A stretch of DNA of 64,000 nt, taken from positions 28,334,001 to 28,398,000 of the forward strand of contig CM060731.1 of the NCBI GenBank assembly GCA_030704615.1, given 5' to 3'. Below the pieces are notes generated by a model. The model had not been told where the DNA came from and ran no database searches. It worked only from the letters and a program-made list of their open reading frames with translations. Position numbers and translations under genes: made by a program. Positions 1-12,200 of this stretch are shown here, one piece after another. The stretch's first letter is position 1. Every line of letters begins with the position of its first letter. This stretch comes from Takakia lepidozioides (taxonomy: Eukaryota; Plantae; Bryophyta).

Positions 1-234
1 CCACAACCAGCCATGCCATTTTATGGCGAACCACCACGAAAACCCTCGACTCCCGGTGGTGAGTCGCGGTGAGTCTTGGCCCGCTCACTACGGCCCCTAT
101 GGACCGTGATGAGTCCCAAGACTCCCCACGACTCCCACCACGAGGTCTCCGCCCCCATGGTGAGTCCTATGCCACCCCCACTAAGTCCCACTAAGCTACC
201 ACCACCCCTTGTGGAGCCACCCCCACCGCAACCC
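1..234 (-). repeat. Inverted fragment of the Gypsy LTR (runs off the window edge)
   Basis: 1-234 is the reverse complement, with a few mismatches, of 457-689 and of the matching part of the 3' LTR (about 7445-7675). Confidence 0.9.
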
Positions 235-320
235 TGCCACTACCCGTTCCTTCAATCATGCAGGATCCCCCGTACACAATCTACAGTTCTCAGGTTGTCG
301 CGGCCATTTACCTTGATGGT

Positions 321-1023
321 AGGGGGTCGGGATGCAGGAGGGGCTGCCCTTGTGGTGGGGGCAGTGGCAGCGATAGGTACGGGGGGCTGAAGCACCCTTG
401 AGTGCCCAAGGCACTCAAGGAGGCGGAGGCGCTCACTAGGTGGAGCCCCGCACACCGGGTTGCGGTGGGGGTGGCTCCACAAGGGGTGGTGGTAGCTTAG
501 CGGGACTTAGTGGGGGTGGCATAAGACTCACCATGGGGCGGAGACCTTGGGGTGGGAGTTGTGGAGAGTCTTGGGACTCATCACGGTCCAATGGGGCCAT
601 GGTGGGTGGGCCAAGACTCACCGCGACTCATCACCGGGAGTCGAGGGTCTTCGTGGTGGTTCACCATTAAATGACATGGTTGTTTGTGAAACCCCCGCGG
701 AGAGTCACAGAAGTATATATAGAGGAGTAGTAACCCCGAGAACGGTGCAAGCCAGTTGGTGACCAAAAACTAGTGAGTAAGCGAGCGAGCCGGAAAGCGA
801 CCAAGGAGTGGGGAGCTATTCCGGACTGCCATCTACCAAAGGGAATTTCCACTGGGCCCAAATTGGTGGAGGGTCTTTTGGGAGAGTAAAGGGGGACCGT
901 TATGTCCCGGTGAGCAGCCGAAAGCTCCGAGTTGGCCCGGCGGCCAGGTTGGGAGTTAGGTGCGCGCATCAAAGCGAGTAACTATGACTTGAAGGGGAGC
1001 TTACCGAAGTGAGGTACACGATA
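321..1023 (+). repeat. 5' LTR (3' portion only) of Gypsy copy 1
   Basis: Near-identical to about 7307-8010. Ends GTACACGATA versus GTGCGCGACA in the 3' LTR, just before the PBS. Confidence 0.9.
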
Positions 1024-1025
1024 CT

Positions 1026-1037
1026 TGGTATCAGAGC
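1026..1037 (+). promoter_or_regulatory. Primer binding site, initiator tRNA-Met type
   Basis: TGGTATCAGAGC 2 nt after the LTR end; canonical plant iMet PBS. Confidence 0.92.
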
Positions 1038-1078
1038 TTAGAGTTCAGTACGTGATCGTCCTTGGGATCGGCCTCAGC

Positions 1079-4000
1079 ATGGGGTCGGGCAAGCCAAAGC
1101 GAAAGCGGAACGGCCCGAAAGTTGAGGATCTTGGTGAGCCCGATGGGGGCGACGTGTCACTGAAGCGGCCATTTGAGGAAGCGATGCATGCTTTTGAAAA
1201 CGAGGCCTCTCAAGAACGGGAGGAATCTGAGGAGTCGGAGCCCGAGGAATCCCTGAGAGCTTCGACAGACCACCAGGTGCCTCCCATTCCAGCAGCCTTT
1301 TGGGAAGGGTTGTTGGCACAGTTTGGCGGGACGTTGAAAGACGTGTTGAAGGCGGCTAATGTAACTTCCACTAAGGCAAAGTTTAAGGTAAAGCCTAAGG
1401 AACCCGACACCTTTGAGGGCGTCCGAAATCGGAAGGCACTCAACACCTGGCTCTTGGAGCTAGAGCAGTACTTCCGGGCGGCCAAGTTGAGTGACGAGGA
1501 TCGGGTGGAAGTGGCTCCCACCTATTTGAGGGGTTATGCTCAACAATGGTGGCAGAAACACCTTCATAACCAAGGTCCAAACCCGGAAACCTTGAACTGG
1601 AGTGGGTTCAAGGAACTGATGAAGAGACAGTTTGTGCCCCTCAACGCGTCCTGGCTCGCCGGAGACAAGATGAGGAATTTGAAGCAAACGGATGACATTC
1701 AGGGATATGTTCAGGCTTTCAATGTGTTGTGACTCGAAGTCACGGACATGGTAGAACCAGAAATGGTCTTCAATTTTGTGGCGGGACTGGCCCCATGGGC
1801 CAGTTGGAAGTTGGAGGAGAAGCCATCTAAGACTTTGAGCAAAGCAATTGAGAGGGTTGAATGCTTCTCGGATGTCCCTAGGGGCAAAAGACAAGGCCGT
1901 ACGGAGCTGAACCACAAGAAGACCCGGCGGGAGGGTGATTCCTTTCGACTGGAAAAGAAGTGGGATAAGCCACGTGGCGACAATGGCATGTGGAAATCGA
2001 AGGGAGGGCCTTCACACGCCAGACGACACCCAGTGCTCCAAAAGGAAAATCAGGTGCGACGCCTTATGGCGGACAAAATGTGATCTTCGATGGAGTGTGC
2101 TTTAATTGCGGGGAGCCCGAGCACATGGCTAAGAAGTGCACAAAACCCCGACAATTGAACATGACTCGGGCAACCACAGAGCTGTCGGAAGATTCCATCA
2201 GCTGCTTGGTGGAAGCGGTGGTCGCCAAGACTTGCAAGGTAGGCAACTACTCTTGTGAGTTGTATCAGGAAACTGGCGCCCTACGTAAAGGGGGTCAGTT
2301 ATTATTCGTGGATGGGATAATTTCCGGAACTAATGTGTCGTTGTTGGTGGACACAGGAGCGTCGCACTCATTCATGACACCGGCAATGACACAAAAGCTG
2401 GGGCTCTCGACAAGTAACGTGGGGCCTCTATTGAGGTGCGTTCTGCCAAAGGAGAACCACAATTGGCGACGAGGTTGGCGTTTGATGTTCCTCTTCAACT
2501 GGGGAGTTGGGAGGGACGTGAGAACTTCACCATTTGCGAGATCGATGGAGTGGATCTCATTTTGGGGATGACCTTTTTGAGCAAATCCGGAGCGGTCATA
2601 GATGGCCGCAAGTGAGTAGTCACGCTGTCGTGTGGGAATGGTGGCGAAGTTTTACGAGTTTCGGAAATGCCCAAATCCGTGGGAGGGCGAATAACCTTTT
2701 GTCAGCAAGGGAGTGGGCCGTGGAGGAGATACACGAGCCCCAATTTTTTCTTTACGTAAGACAAGTGAAAGGAGAAGGCGATGGGGAGCCGAGCCCAGAT
2801 TGGATCAAGGGGATCTTGGAGAAATACCAAGATGTGATGCCGGAGGATTTACCAAACGGCTTGCCACCGCGAAGGGGAGTTGACCACAAGATTGAGGTGA
2901 TACCGGGATCGGAGCCGCCTGCCAAGGCATCCTACCGGTTGAGCCACAGAGAGTTGGTCGAGCTGAAGACTCAGCTCAAGGATGTTATGTCAAAGGGGTA
3001 CATCCGGCCAAGTAAGTCACCTTACGGAGCCCCGGTGCTATTCGCAGACAAGAAGGATGGGACGCTGCGGATGTGTGTCGATTACAGGGCTCTGAATAAG
3101 GTAACTATAAAAAACCGGTACCATTTTCCAAGGATCGACGACCTTTTCGATCGGTTGACAGGAGCGAAGTATTTCAGCCAGATCGATTTGCACTCCGGCT
3201 ATCATCAAATTCGAGTGGCGGAAGGAGATGAGGAGAAGATCGCGTGCATGACAAGGGATGGTTCATATGATTCTTGGTGATGCCTTTTGGGCTCACCAAC
3301 GCACCCGCGACCTTTAGCACGCTGATGAACAGCCTTTTCCAGAGTGGCTGGATGACTTTGTGATTGTGTACATCGACGACATCTTGGTGTACTCGAAAAC
3401 AAAGGAGGAGCACCTCAAAAGTGTGTTCCAGAAATTGCGGGAAGGGAAGCTGTATGCCAAAGCTACAAAGTGCGAATTTGGGGTCACAAAAGTGGAGTTC
3501 CTGGGGCATGTAATTACACAAGATGGGATAAAAATGGATGACCGAAAGGTGAGAGCGATCTTAGACTGGGAGCCTCTGATTTCGGTCCCGGGAGTGCGAT
3601 CCTTCCTAGGACTCGCCTCCTATTACCGGAAGTATGTGAAAAATTTCGCCAAGATCGCGGGGCCGCTGTCAGACCTTCTGTGTAAATCCAAAGTCTGGGT
3701 ATGGAACACCTTTTGTGGCCAAGCTTTTGCCGAGTTGAAGCAGCGGATGGCGGAAGCTCCAGTCCTCAAAATCCCGGAGTTCGACCGTTCATTTGAGATT
3801 CATACGGATGCGTCGGACTTCGCGATTGGAGGTGTACTCATGCAGGATGGACGTCCAGTGGCTTACGAAAGTAAGAAACTGAATGAGGTGGAGCGACGGT
3901 GGCCTACATATGAGAAGGAAATGAAGGCGGTGGTGCATTGCCTTGAGCTTTGGCGCCACTATGTTGGTTCCAACCCGGTGAAGGTGTTCACGGACAATGT

Positions 4001-6376
4001 CACGGTGAAGTATTTTGCCACGCAGCCTAAGTTGTCCCCAAAACAACTTAGGTGGCAAGATACTTTGGTGGTGTTCGACGTGGATATCCAGTACAAACCG
4101 GGACGGGACAATGTGGTGGCCGATGCTTTAAGTAGAAAGCAGCAACTCATGTTGGTGTACAAGGGCGAGACGACGCTCCAAAAGAAGATCTGGAAGGCTT
4201 ACCGGAAGGATGAGATGACAAAGTCCGTGATGCGGGACTTGAGGATGGGGGTTAAATCGCAGTTCCACTTGCAAAATGGACTGCTCCGGTATAAGCAAAA
4301 GCGTCTCTACGTGTCGAAGGGAGGGATCAGAGATAGTCTCTTGAGAGAATGCCATGATGGCCCGCTTGCGGGCCACGGCGGAGCCAAGCGCACCGCGGCA
4401 CTTTTGAAGAAAAAATATTTCTAACCCAAACTGAAAGAGGAGGACGAGGAGTATGTTAAGACATGCACCACATGCCAACAAAACCGGAGCGAGTACAAAA
4501 AGCAAGCGGGGCTGTTACAACCAGTGTTGGCCGGGTATAGCACTCTACCCCTGTTAGTGAGTCGGTTATCACCTCGGTTAGTAGGTATACATAACCGCAT
4601 ACATGGTATTTGTACAAAACAGAGCAAATAGATAACCGACAGTTGGGAGGTGAGTATGTATATATATATGTACCCTATATTAAGGTTAGCACTACAGTCT
4701 ATACCCGGATTAGTAAGGCGTTTTGACCACCCCTAGAACGGTTAAGTATAGGACACGCCTCCTCACACAACGCAACTGCATTGATTGCCATGATTGCCTG
4801 CATGCCTCACTATTGGCAACTTTTTCAAGAGGTGCGCTCAGTATGTATAACTTATTGCTATGTTAAATGTTAGCCAACTTCCCTCTTTGGCTTTCTTCCT
4901 TTCTTACTTTAGTCATTTTATTTGTCATTGTGGATAAATCTCTCATGTATTTGGAGAATTCTAGCATTACCTATCTATTACTCATCTTTATTAAAGGTTC
5001 TCATCTTCATTTGGATGTCATGTGGGAATTGATTATTTTTAACAAAAATCATTGAGAAGTGCCCATTCAATATATTATATGTAACCGCCAATTGCATATA
5101 TATCCACCAATTTTAGGACACCTCTAACCGTCCTATTCATAACCGTCTAAATTTGAAGCATTTTGTAGAATAGATAACCGATGGATATACCAAAATAAAA
5201 AAATTATCCTTATACATAAAATATTGAAGTAACCTTAATCGGCGGATATGTAAAATTCTTATAACCGGCCAACACTGGTTACAACCCTTGCCGATTCCAG
5301 AGGGGTTTTGGGAAAGTATCTCGATGGATTTCATGACTGCTATGCCGCTGTCAAAATGATTCGATGCGATCATGGTGGTGGTGGATGGGTTCAGTAAAAT
5401 GGGCCATTTCATCCCCACCAAGGAAACGGCAACGGCGCAGGAGACGAGGCGACTTTACTTCGCCCACGTCTTCAAGCATCATGGACTCCCGAAGGATATT
5501 TTCTCGGACCGCGATCCAAAGTTTACGAGTAAATTTTGGAGGGCACTTTGGAAGAAGATGGGGACGAGGCTCAAGATGAGCACCGCCTTCCGACCTACGA
5601 CGAACGGCCAAACGGAAAGAGTGAATTCCGTGGTGAAGCAGATCTTGCGGAATTACGTGTCGGCAGACTAATCAGACTGAGTGGAGCACTTGGACGCGAC
5701 AGAGTTCTGTTATAATAACACAAAACACTCCGCAACGGGAGTTTCCCCTTTCGTATTGGTCTATGGAAAAGCACCTCTGGTGCCGACAAGTTGGGCCGCC
5801 CAAGACGTTGAGAAACCGGCAGCAGCGGCGGTACTGGAAGAATGCGAACGTTTATTGAAGCTCGTAAAGTACAACATTGCCAAAGCTAGGAAACGGTATG
5901 AACGGCAGGCGAATCAGAAGCGGAGAGAAGTTAAGTTTGAGGCAGGCATGGAGGTCTGGTTGAACATCAAGAATTTCCGACTACCTCCGGAAGTGAGTCC
6001 AAAGTTCGTACCTCCGTATGCGGGACCCTTTCGCATCCGGAAGGTTATGAATGAGGACGTATATGAATTGGAGCTGCTGGCAAACAGCAAGGTGCACCCG
6101 GTATTCCACGTCTTCCTTTTGAAGCCTTACTTCAAAGATGAAGCGCAAGTGTTACGTCTGCCACCGGTGCTGTTGGATCATGAAAATGAACCTGAGTACG
6201 AGGTGGAGGCAGTGCTTAAGTCGAGGAGGTTCAAGAATCGAGAAACAGAATATCTCGTGAAATGGAAGGGCTATCATCATGTGGAGGCATCTTGGGTGCG
6301 TGCCTTAGAAATAGGAAACGCATCCGAGGCGGTTGCAGCTTTCGAAGGGCGACCTCAAAAGCGGAAGAAACGTTGA
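1079..6376 (+). pseudogene. gag-pol polyprotein with chromodomain, disrupted by stops, frameshifts and a hAT insertion
   Basis: ORF pieces 1025-1732, 1748-2083, 1990-2571, 2534-3280, 3360-4424, 5372-5671 and 5681-6376 carry successive domains. Stops such as TAA at 4422 and 5669 are TGG and CAA in copy 2. Confidence 0.93.
4522..5277. mobile_element. Non-autonomous hAT-type element (756 bp) inserted in the Gypsy integrase region
   Basis: TIRs CAGTGTTGGCCGG(G/T)TATA at both ends, perfect 8-bp TSD GTTACAAC (4514-4521 and 5278-5285), AT-rich non-coding interior. Confidence 0.93.
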
Positions 6377-6396
6377 TGGGGACATTAACCTTGGAT

Positions 6397-6410
6397 GGTG
6401 GGGGAGGAAA
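6397..6410 (+). promoter_or_regulatory. Polypurine tract of Gypsy copy 1
   Basis: GGTGGGGGAGGAAA directly before the TG start of the 3' LTR; an equivalent tract is present in copy 2. Confidence 0.85.
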
Positions 6411-8010
6411 TGCATGCTTAACCCGGCTTAGCTAGCTCAAGAATCCGATTGCAAAAACTTGTATTGTACAAACTTTGTTATAAATAAAATGGTTTCCAAA
6501 TGTTGTGCGTCCTATTTTGTTTGGAATGGTGATGCATGGTATGGTTGGCTAGTGTGTAGAATGCATGCTAGCTTACAAAAGTAGGAGAGGTAAATTGGAT
6601 TAATCCTGTGTTTGCGTAGTGTCGAAATCGGGTGACTCCCATCCAAGAGGCAAGGAAACTTGCGCCTTCCTTGGGAGTTCACGTGCTAGTGCGCACCTGG
6701 CGCGTGCGCGTACTATAGCTGCGCTACCGAGGGGGTTGCCTTGTAGTACGGGCTAACGCGGAAGCTACGTGCTTCCGTTCACGTACTATAATCGTGTAGC
6801 CTCGAGACGAAATCGTAGTGCGGCTTCGGCGTGTTCCCGTACCTCAGGCCAGTATTCCAAGACGGACCCAATTGTAGTGATTGGGGCCCATGGTTAGTTC
6901 AAGGTTATATTCCTAGTCAAAAAGGGTTCCAGGTAAACCCTTGCTCAAGGTGATGCCAAAAGCGGCATCATGAGCGGTCGCAAGCAATGTTGTTGCAGTA
7001 AGGCGATTCGATCCTCGGGGATGATCGTTCCTTGGCCTTGAAGTAGGCCAAGAAGAGTGCACTGGGTGGGGCTTGAGAGGCTCCACCCTTGGCCGGGACT
7101 TGGAGGAAGTCGGCCGAACTAACTAGTGGAGAGTAGAGTCAAGTGTGGGGTTTGGTTCTTTGCCATGGGACGTCATGGTACGAAAATAAACTCCTTGATG
7201 TGGGACGTTCTAACTTGGATGTTTGTTTCTACAAAATGGACAAGTCAATGAGGACATCGACTCCTTGTTGGTAGGGGTGCGTGTCGTGGCCCTTTGTCTT
7301 GAGGGCAGGGGGTCGGGATGCAGGAGGGGATGCCCCTGTGGTGGGGGCAGTGGCAGCGATAGGTACGGGGGGCTGAAGCACCCTTGAGAGCCCAAGGCAC
7401 TCAAGGAGGCAGAGGCGCTCACTAGGTGGAGCCCCGCACACCGGGTTTGCGGTGGGGGTGGCTCCACAAGGGGTGGTGGTAGCTTAGCGGGACTTAGTGG
7501 GGGTGGCATAGGACTCACCATGGGGCGGAGACCTTGTGGTGGGAGTCGTGGGGAGTCTTGGGACTCATCACGGTCCAATGGGGCCGTGGTGGGTGGGCCA
7601 AGACTCACCGCGACTCATCACCGGGAGTCGAGGGTCTTCATGGTGGTTCGCCATAAAATGACATGGTTATTTGTGAAACCCCCGCGGACAATCATAGAAG
7701 TATATATAGGGGAGTAGTAACCCCGAAAACGGTGCAAGCCCATTGGTGACCAAAAACTAGTGAGTAAGCGAGCGAGCCGGAAAGCGACCAAGGAGTGAGG
7801 AGCTATTCCGGACTGCCATCTACCAAAGGGAATTTCCACTAGGCCCAAATTGGTGGAGGGTCTTTTGGGAGAGTAAAGGGGGACCGTTATGTCCCGGTGA
7901 GCAGCCGAAAGCTCCGAGTTGGCCCGGCGGTCAGGTTGGGAGTTAGGCGCGCGCATCAAAGCGAGTAACTATGACTTGAAGGGGAGCTTACCGAAGTGAG
8001 GTGCGCGACA
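6411..8010 (+). repeat. 3' LTR of Gypsy copy 1 (1600 bp, TG...CA)
   Basis: Starts TGCATG after the PPT and ends GACA; colinear with the reverse complement of 58604-60185. Confidence 0.93.
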
Positions 8011-10065
8011 CAGGTGCTTCGTACGAACTAAATCCTCTGTCAACGATTTTAGTTACCCCGCATCTCCACCTTGATTCCGACGATATGGGTTTGTTCCCCT
8101 TCCTCTACCGGACTTAATCCTATCTGGGGAATGTAGTCGATAGATGGGCCTGGCAAAGAAGACGAAATCTCTCCAAGAGGACACCACAAACCCAGACCTC
8201 CAGAATACTTTCATCCACCCACTCAAGCACACCGTTACACCCAGCGTAAGCTCGCGTAAGACTCAAAAGCCACCACCCTCACTGCCGTGGCAGTGAGGCT
8301 TTAATAGTATTAGGTCATAATCTAATCTTAGTGCCGCGTGGCACTTACATATAGGTCCACCAGATGCCCTTCCAGCATAGCCATAAAAAGAAGCCAGATC
8401 ACTCAGACCCATCCTAATCTAAACCTAAACTAGCTGTTAGAATAAGACAGCCCCTAATAAAGCCATCAGCTGTTGCCAGCTCATCCTCATGTGCAAGGTG
8501 TAAGTTCATCGAGACTTCATCCTGGCTCCGTCCATCCCTTAAATCATCCGGAGCGCATCCCCCCTCCATTCATCCATGTCGAAAAGGAAGGTGAGAGGGA
8601 ATCCCAGCTCCACATGGTCTCCATCCCATGTTCTGTTTAAAAAAAAGAAAAAAAAGAAAAAAAGGGACTGAGGAGGGAGGCCCTTTAAATCATAAACTAG
8701 GTTATTCTGAGATCAAATCCTGCTACCTTGTCAGGTGTATTATAATCTTCTCCCACTTCCCTTCATGAGCCTTGTGCGTCTTTTTTGTTGCGATATACAT
8801 ATATATATATTTGCCAAAAGGCTCCATTTTTTGGTGGGCTCCTACCTCATTAAAGGAAAATGAAGGAATTGTTTTTCCAGTTTTCTGCCAAAACAGGGGA
8901 CATGAACCATAGGTTGTCGCCAGAAAATCCGTCCGATTGCCGTTGTGGACCTGTTAAAAAATGCCACCTGTCATATAGCGGACATTTCCAGAGGTGCCAG
9001 TTAATTTTCTTGCCACCTGGGCCGTTGGGTAGAATCCAAGGTATCCACTCGCTACCTGTGCGCCGAGTCATGATGAGGTGACTTTGAAAAAGGTTATTTC
9101 TCCCCCAACTATAATTAACAGTCATAATTTCGAAGACTCCCAAGTGTGAGTGTAAGGATTCCCCTACTTTCGAGTTGGAGTAATTCCAATCTCGCAACAA
9201 TGGGAACACCGGACAATGTGCTATAATGCTGGATAATCGGGATCGGATGCCCCCCAGTTCACATTTATAATCCAGTACGCAGTAAGTATCTGGTTTGCGA
9301 GTCTTCACCACAGGCCACTATATTTTGGAAATAGCTTGAGGAGCTCCAAGTCAGGCTGATCTAGAAAGGTAGCACAAGCGAGCGGTTTTGCTTCTTCACA
9401 TGAAAGGCGGTGGGGTCACCGTCATGTATGGCCCACCAAAACGCAGTCGGAGGAAAGTACAAAAAGGAGCTCTGACAGCAACGGTCCCAGCTCAGCTGTA
9501 GCCTGTATGGAATACGAAGAGTCCTCCTTTCCCCGAGTTTTCTCCTCTAGCTGCCGGCGTCTACAGGAATTGTAAACGTTAGTGCCCAAGTCAACCTTAG
9601 GGTGGTCTTAGGGTGGTCTTCCAAAAAGAATATTTCACAGAAAACTGTCTCACAGCGGTGGTATAAAACAGATGACATGTAGAATTTAGTCCTTGGTTTC
9701 TTGAGCTCGAAAGCACGCTGTCCCTCTTCCTCTTCCCGTCATAGAGGTCGCTGACTTCCTTTAGACACTATCTAGACTTCATCTCCTTCAAATCTGAATG
9801 TCACTCTCTCTGGGATCTCTTACTCCTCTCCACCGAGTCTGATGCAGTGAGGTCTGATCCAGTGCTATCTCCATACCTTCCAGGCCCTTCATCTCCTTTC
9901 AATTTATTCTAGAGGGCAACTCCAGACGTCCCCTTCGTTCCCACCTCCAACCCACGTACCAATCTCACAACCTAAATGGCAAGTTCGTGTGAAGAAGTCC
10001 CACACAGGAAGATATAAATCATCCCAGGCGCCAACGTAGTCGCAGGCACATTCCACTTTACTCCA

Positions 10066-11323
10066 ATGGGATCTCCTGCAACTTACAGAGCAGTTCTCTT
10101 GCTAATAGTGACCTGCATACTGCGCATATGCGCGGCGCAGACATGTGGAAGCCAGGCAGGGGGTGCACTGTGTACCAATAATCTGTGCTGTAGTCAGTAT
10201 GGTTACTGTGGAGCTAGCAGTGCGTACTGCGGTCTTGGCTGCCAAAGCGGCCCGTGCACTAACCTTAGCGCCCCCCAGCCACCCCCTCCTCCTTCACCTC
10301 CTCCTTCGCCTCCTGCTCCTCCTCCTCCTCCTCCGGCCGTTGTTTCTCCTACTCCTTCGTGTGGAGTGGGAAAGGTAATCACTAGAAAACTATTTGATCA
10401 GCTATACCCCAATCGTAACAGAACATTCTACACATATGACGCATTTATCGTTGCAGCCAATTCATACACCTCATTTGGAACAGCCGGCTCCAGAAATGAC
10501 ATAAGGAGGGAGATTGCTGCGCTCAGCGCTCACTTTCAGCAAGAGACAGCAGGTAAGGCCCCTATCCGCTATCAATCGAAGGCCTCTTTCGTCCGAAGTG
10601 CTAGGGTACCTGGTCTCTGGAATCTAAACATAATTTCCGAAGTGCACAGTTTCCTGAATGTAGTCTGAGTATCGACTTTGTTGTGGCAGGTTTATTCTAC
10701 GTGGAAGAGATTGATCAATCCTTCAACTACTGTGACAGCACCAGCACTCAGTACCCTTGCGCTCCTGGGCAAGCTTATTTTGGACGAGGTCCTCTGCAAC
10801 TCTCGTGGTCAGTAGCAACCTTCAAACCCAATTCTCAGAAGTTGGTGCATGGAAGTTGCAAGGTAGATTTGACTTTCAAGCCGGTCCAGATGTTTATAAT
10901 GCACACTGTTTAATTGGAACCTGCATTGCCTGACATGTTTTTTGTTACAGGAACTTCAACTACGGAGCAGCAAGTTCCTCTGTTGGCGCTAATCTCCTCG
11001 CTCAGCCCTACCTAGTGGCACGAGACCCCGTTATTGCTTTCAAGACGGCTCTCTGGTTCTGGACGACTCGCCATGGTGCCCAAGAACCCTCTTGCCATGA
11101 GGCGATAATTGGCAAGTGGAAACCCACAGATGCGGATAAGGATGCTGGTAGGTTACCAGGATTCGGGGTCACCACCGACATCATCAACGGTGGCATCGAG
11201 TGCGGCCATAAAAATGCAACTGCGCAGGAATCAAATCGCGTGAAGTACTACAAACAATATTGTGCCCAGCTGGGCGTGCATCCGGGAGATAATCTCGACT
11301 GTAGATGCATGAAGCCCTTTTAA
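10066..11323 (+). CDS. GH19 chitinase with signal peptide, hevein (CBM18) domain and Pro-rich hinge; exons 10066-10552, 10690-10807, 10951-11323
   Basis: [12 protein letters not shown]...CCSQYGYCG hevein domain; [11 protein letters not shown] catalytic glutamates; [11 protein letters not shown]|NFNYG; [14 protein letters not shown] introns keep the frame; TATAAA at about 10013. Confidence 0.95.
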
Positions 11324-12039
11324 GCATTTCTGAGGACCATCCCAAGGACATGGAATCTCCTTCCTCAGAGAAGACGCTTATAGCGTACATTTATGTCCAG
11401 AAGGACTGGCTGGCACCATAAGGATGAATCCCGGCTAGTAGGCTCCTTTTTGCGGAGGTCGGCTTTCCTTGGAATCTTAGTCTCCCTTAGATGAAGCAGA
11501 CGCTCACACCGTGCATTTGTCCCTTGAGTTTCACGTGAAAGAAAACTTACTCGTGTGGGTATGTCCTCCGAAATCATATCATTTTCAAGCTCAAAAATGA
11601 AAATTTCCTTCTTGACAGCAGTTCAAGTTAGTAGAGCTAGATGTCGAGGAACGCACTGGACAATCAGGCTGCCATCATTTGAATGTACATGTTTCCACGA
11701 TGTGCTAACTTATCGTCTATAATTCCTGAGAAGGGACAATTCGTTTGGACCCAATTTGAGCGGCGCTGTACTGGCAACAAGTCCCATGTGGAAATCATGG
11801 AGAGTAGGTAGGAGGTACTCCAAGTGTGCCGTTCAAAGTTCAAACGACGTGTGAAGTTGGTTTACATGTGTATAGATTTATGAGTGTATAAATTTCGAAC
11901 TTGTAGGGACGACAATAATTTGCGACATAGCTGTTCCACACTGAGCGATCATTCTATGCAACTGTATCTTTTGGTTGTTGTAGGATCGAACAATAATTTG
12001 CCAAGTTTCTAGATCTGTTGTTCTGGATCCACGTGCACT

Positions 12040-12200
12040 TTGGTACAATTCAGAGTCTGTGCCTTGGCAGAGTACTTGCACTCAATGCCTCCGATGATTA
12101 TGTCTCTGGTTACCCCAAATCCTAGAGGCTCCGTCCCCACCAGCTGCCAGGACCAGCGCCCGACAAAAGCATTATGGACTAAGGCTTTATCACATAAGGC
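12040..12200 (-). pseudogene. Degenerate inverted fragment of a chitinase 3' exon
   Basis: Minus strand reads HNAFVGRW...GFGVTRDIIIGGIECKYSAKAQ, matching HEAIIGKW...[23 protein letters not shown] of the adjacent gene. Confidence 0.75.

Larger units (their letters stand above)
321..8010 (+). mobile_element. Ty3/Gypsy chromovirus LTR retrotransposon, copy 1, degenerate; 5' LTR truncated and rearranged
   Basis: LTR remnant 321-1023 matches 3' LTR 6411-8010. PBS TGGTATCAGAGC at 1026 and PPT at 6397-6410. Domain order gag, Zn knuckle (CFNCGEPEHMAKKC), protease (LLVDTGAS), RT (YIDD), RNase H, integrase, chromodomain (EYEVEAVL...YLVKWKGY). Confidence 0.96.

Noticed and set aside
76-972. Pro/Gly-rich ORFs in the LTRs (also 7210-7959 and 58956-59472)
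   Set aside because: By-products of G/C-run LTR sequence; frames and ends differ between LTR copies.
1730-1732. Stop-codon readthrough in gag
   Set aside because: The TGA is most simply a CGA deamination in an element with many similar lesions; it lies mid-gag rather than at the gag-pol border.
1990-2083. Programmed gag-pol frameshift in Gypsy copy 1
   Set aside because: Copy 2 has one extra base here (GTCAAGACA versus GCCAGACG) and reads through, so this is a mutation in a single-ORF element.
8011-8665. Possible old LINE fragment next to an A-rich tract
   Set aside because: No convincing protein motif in any frame I read.
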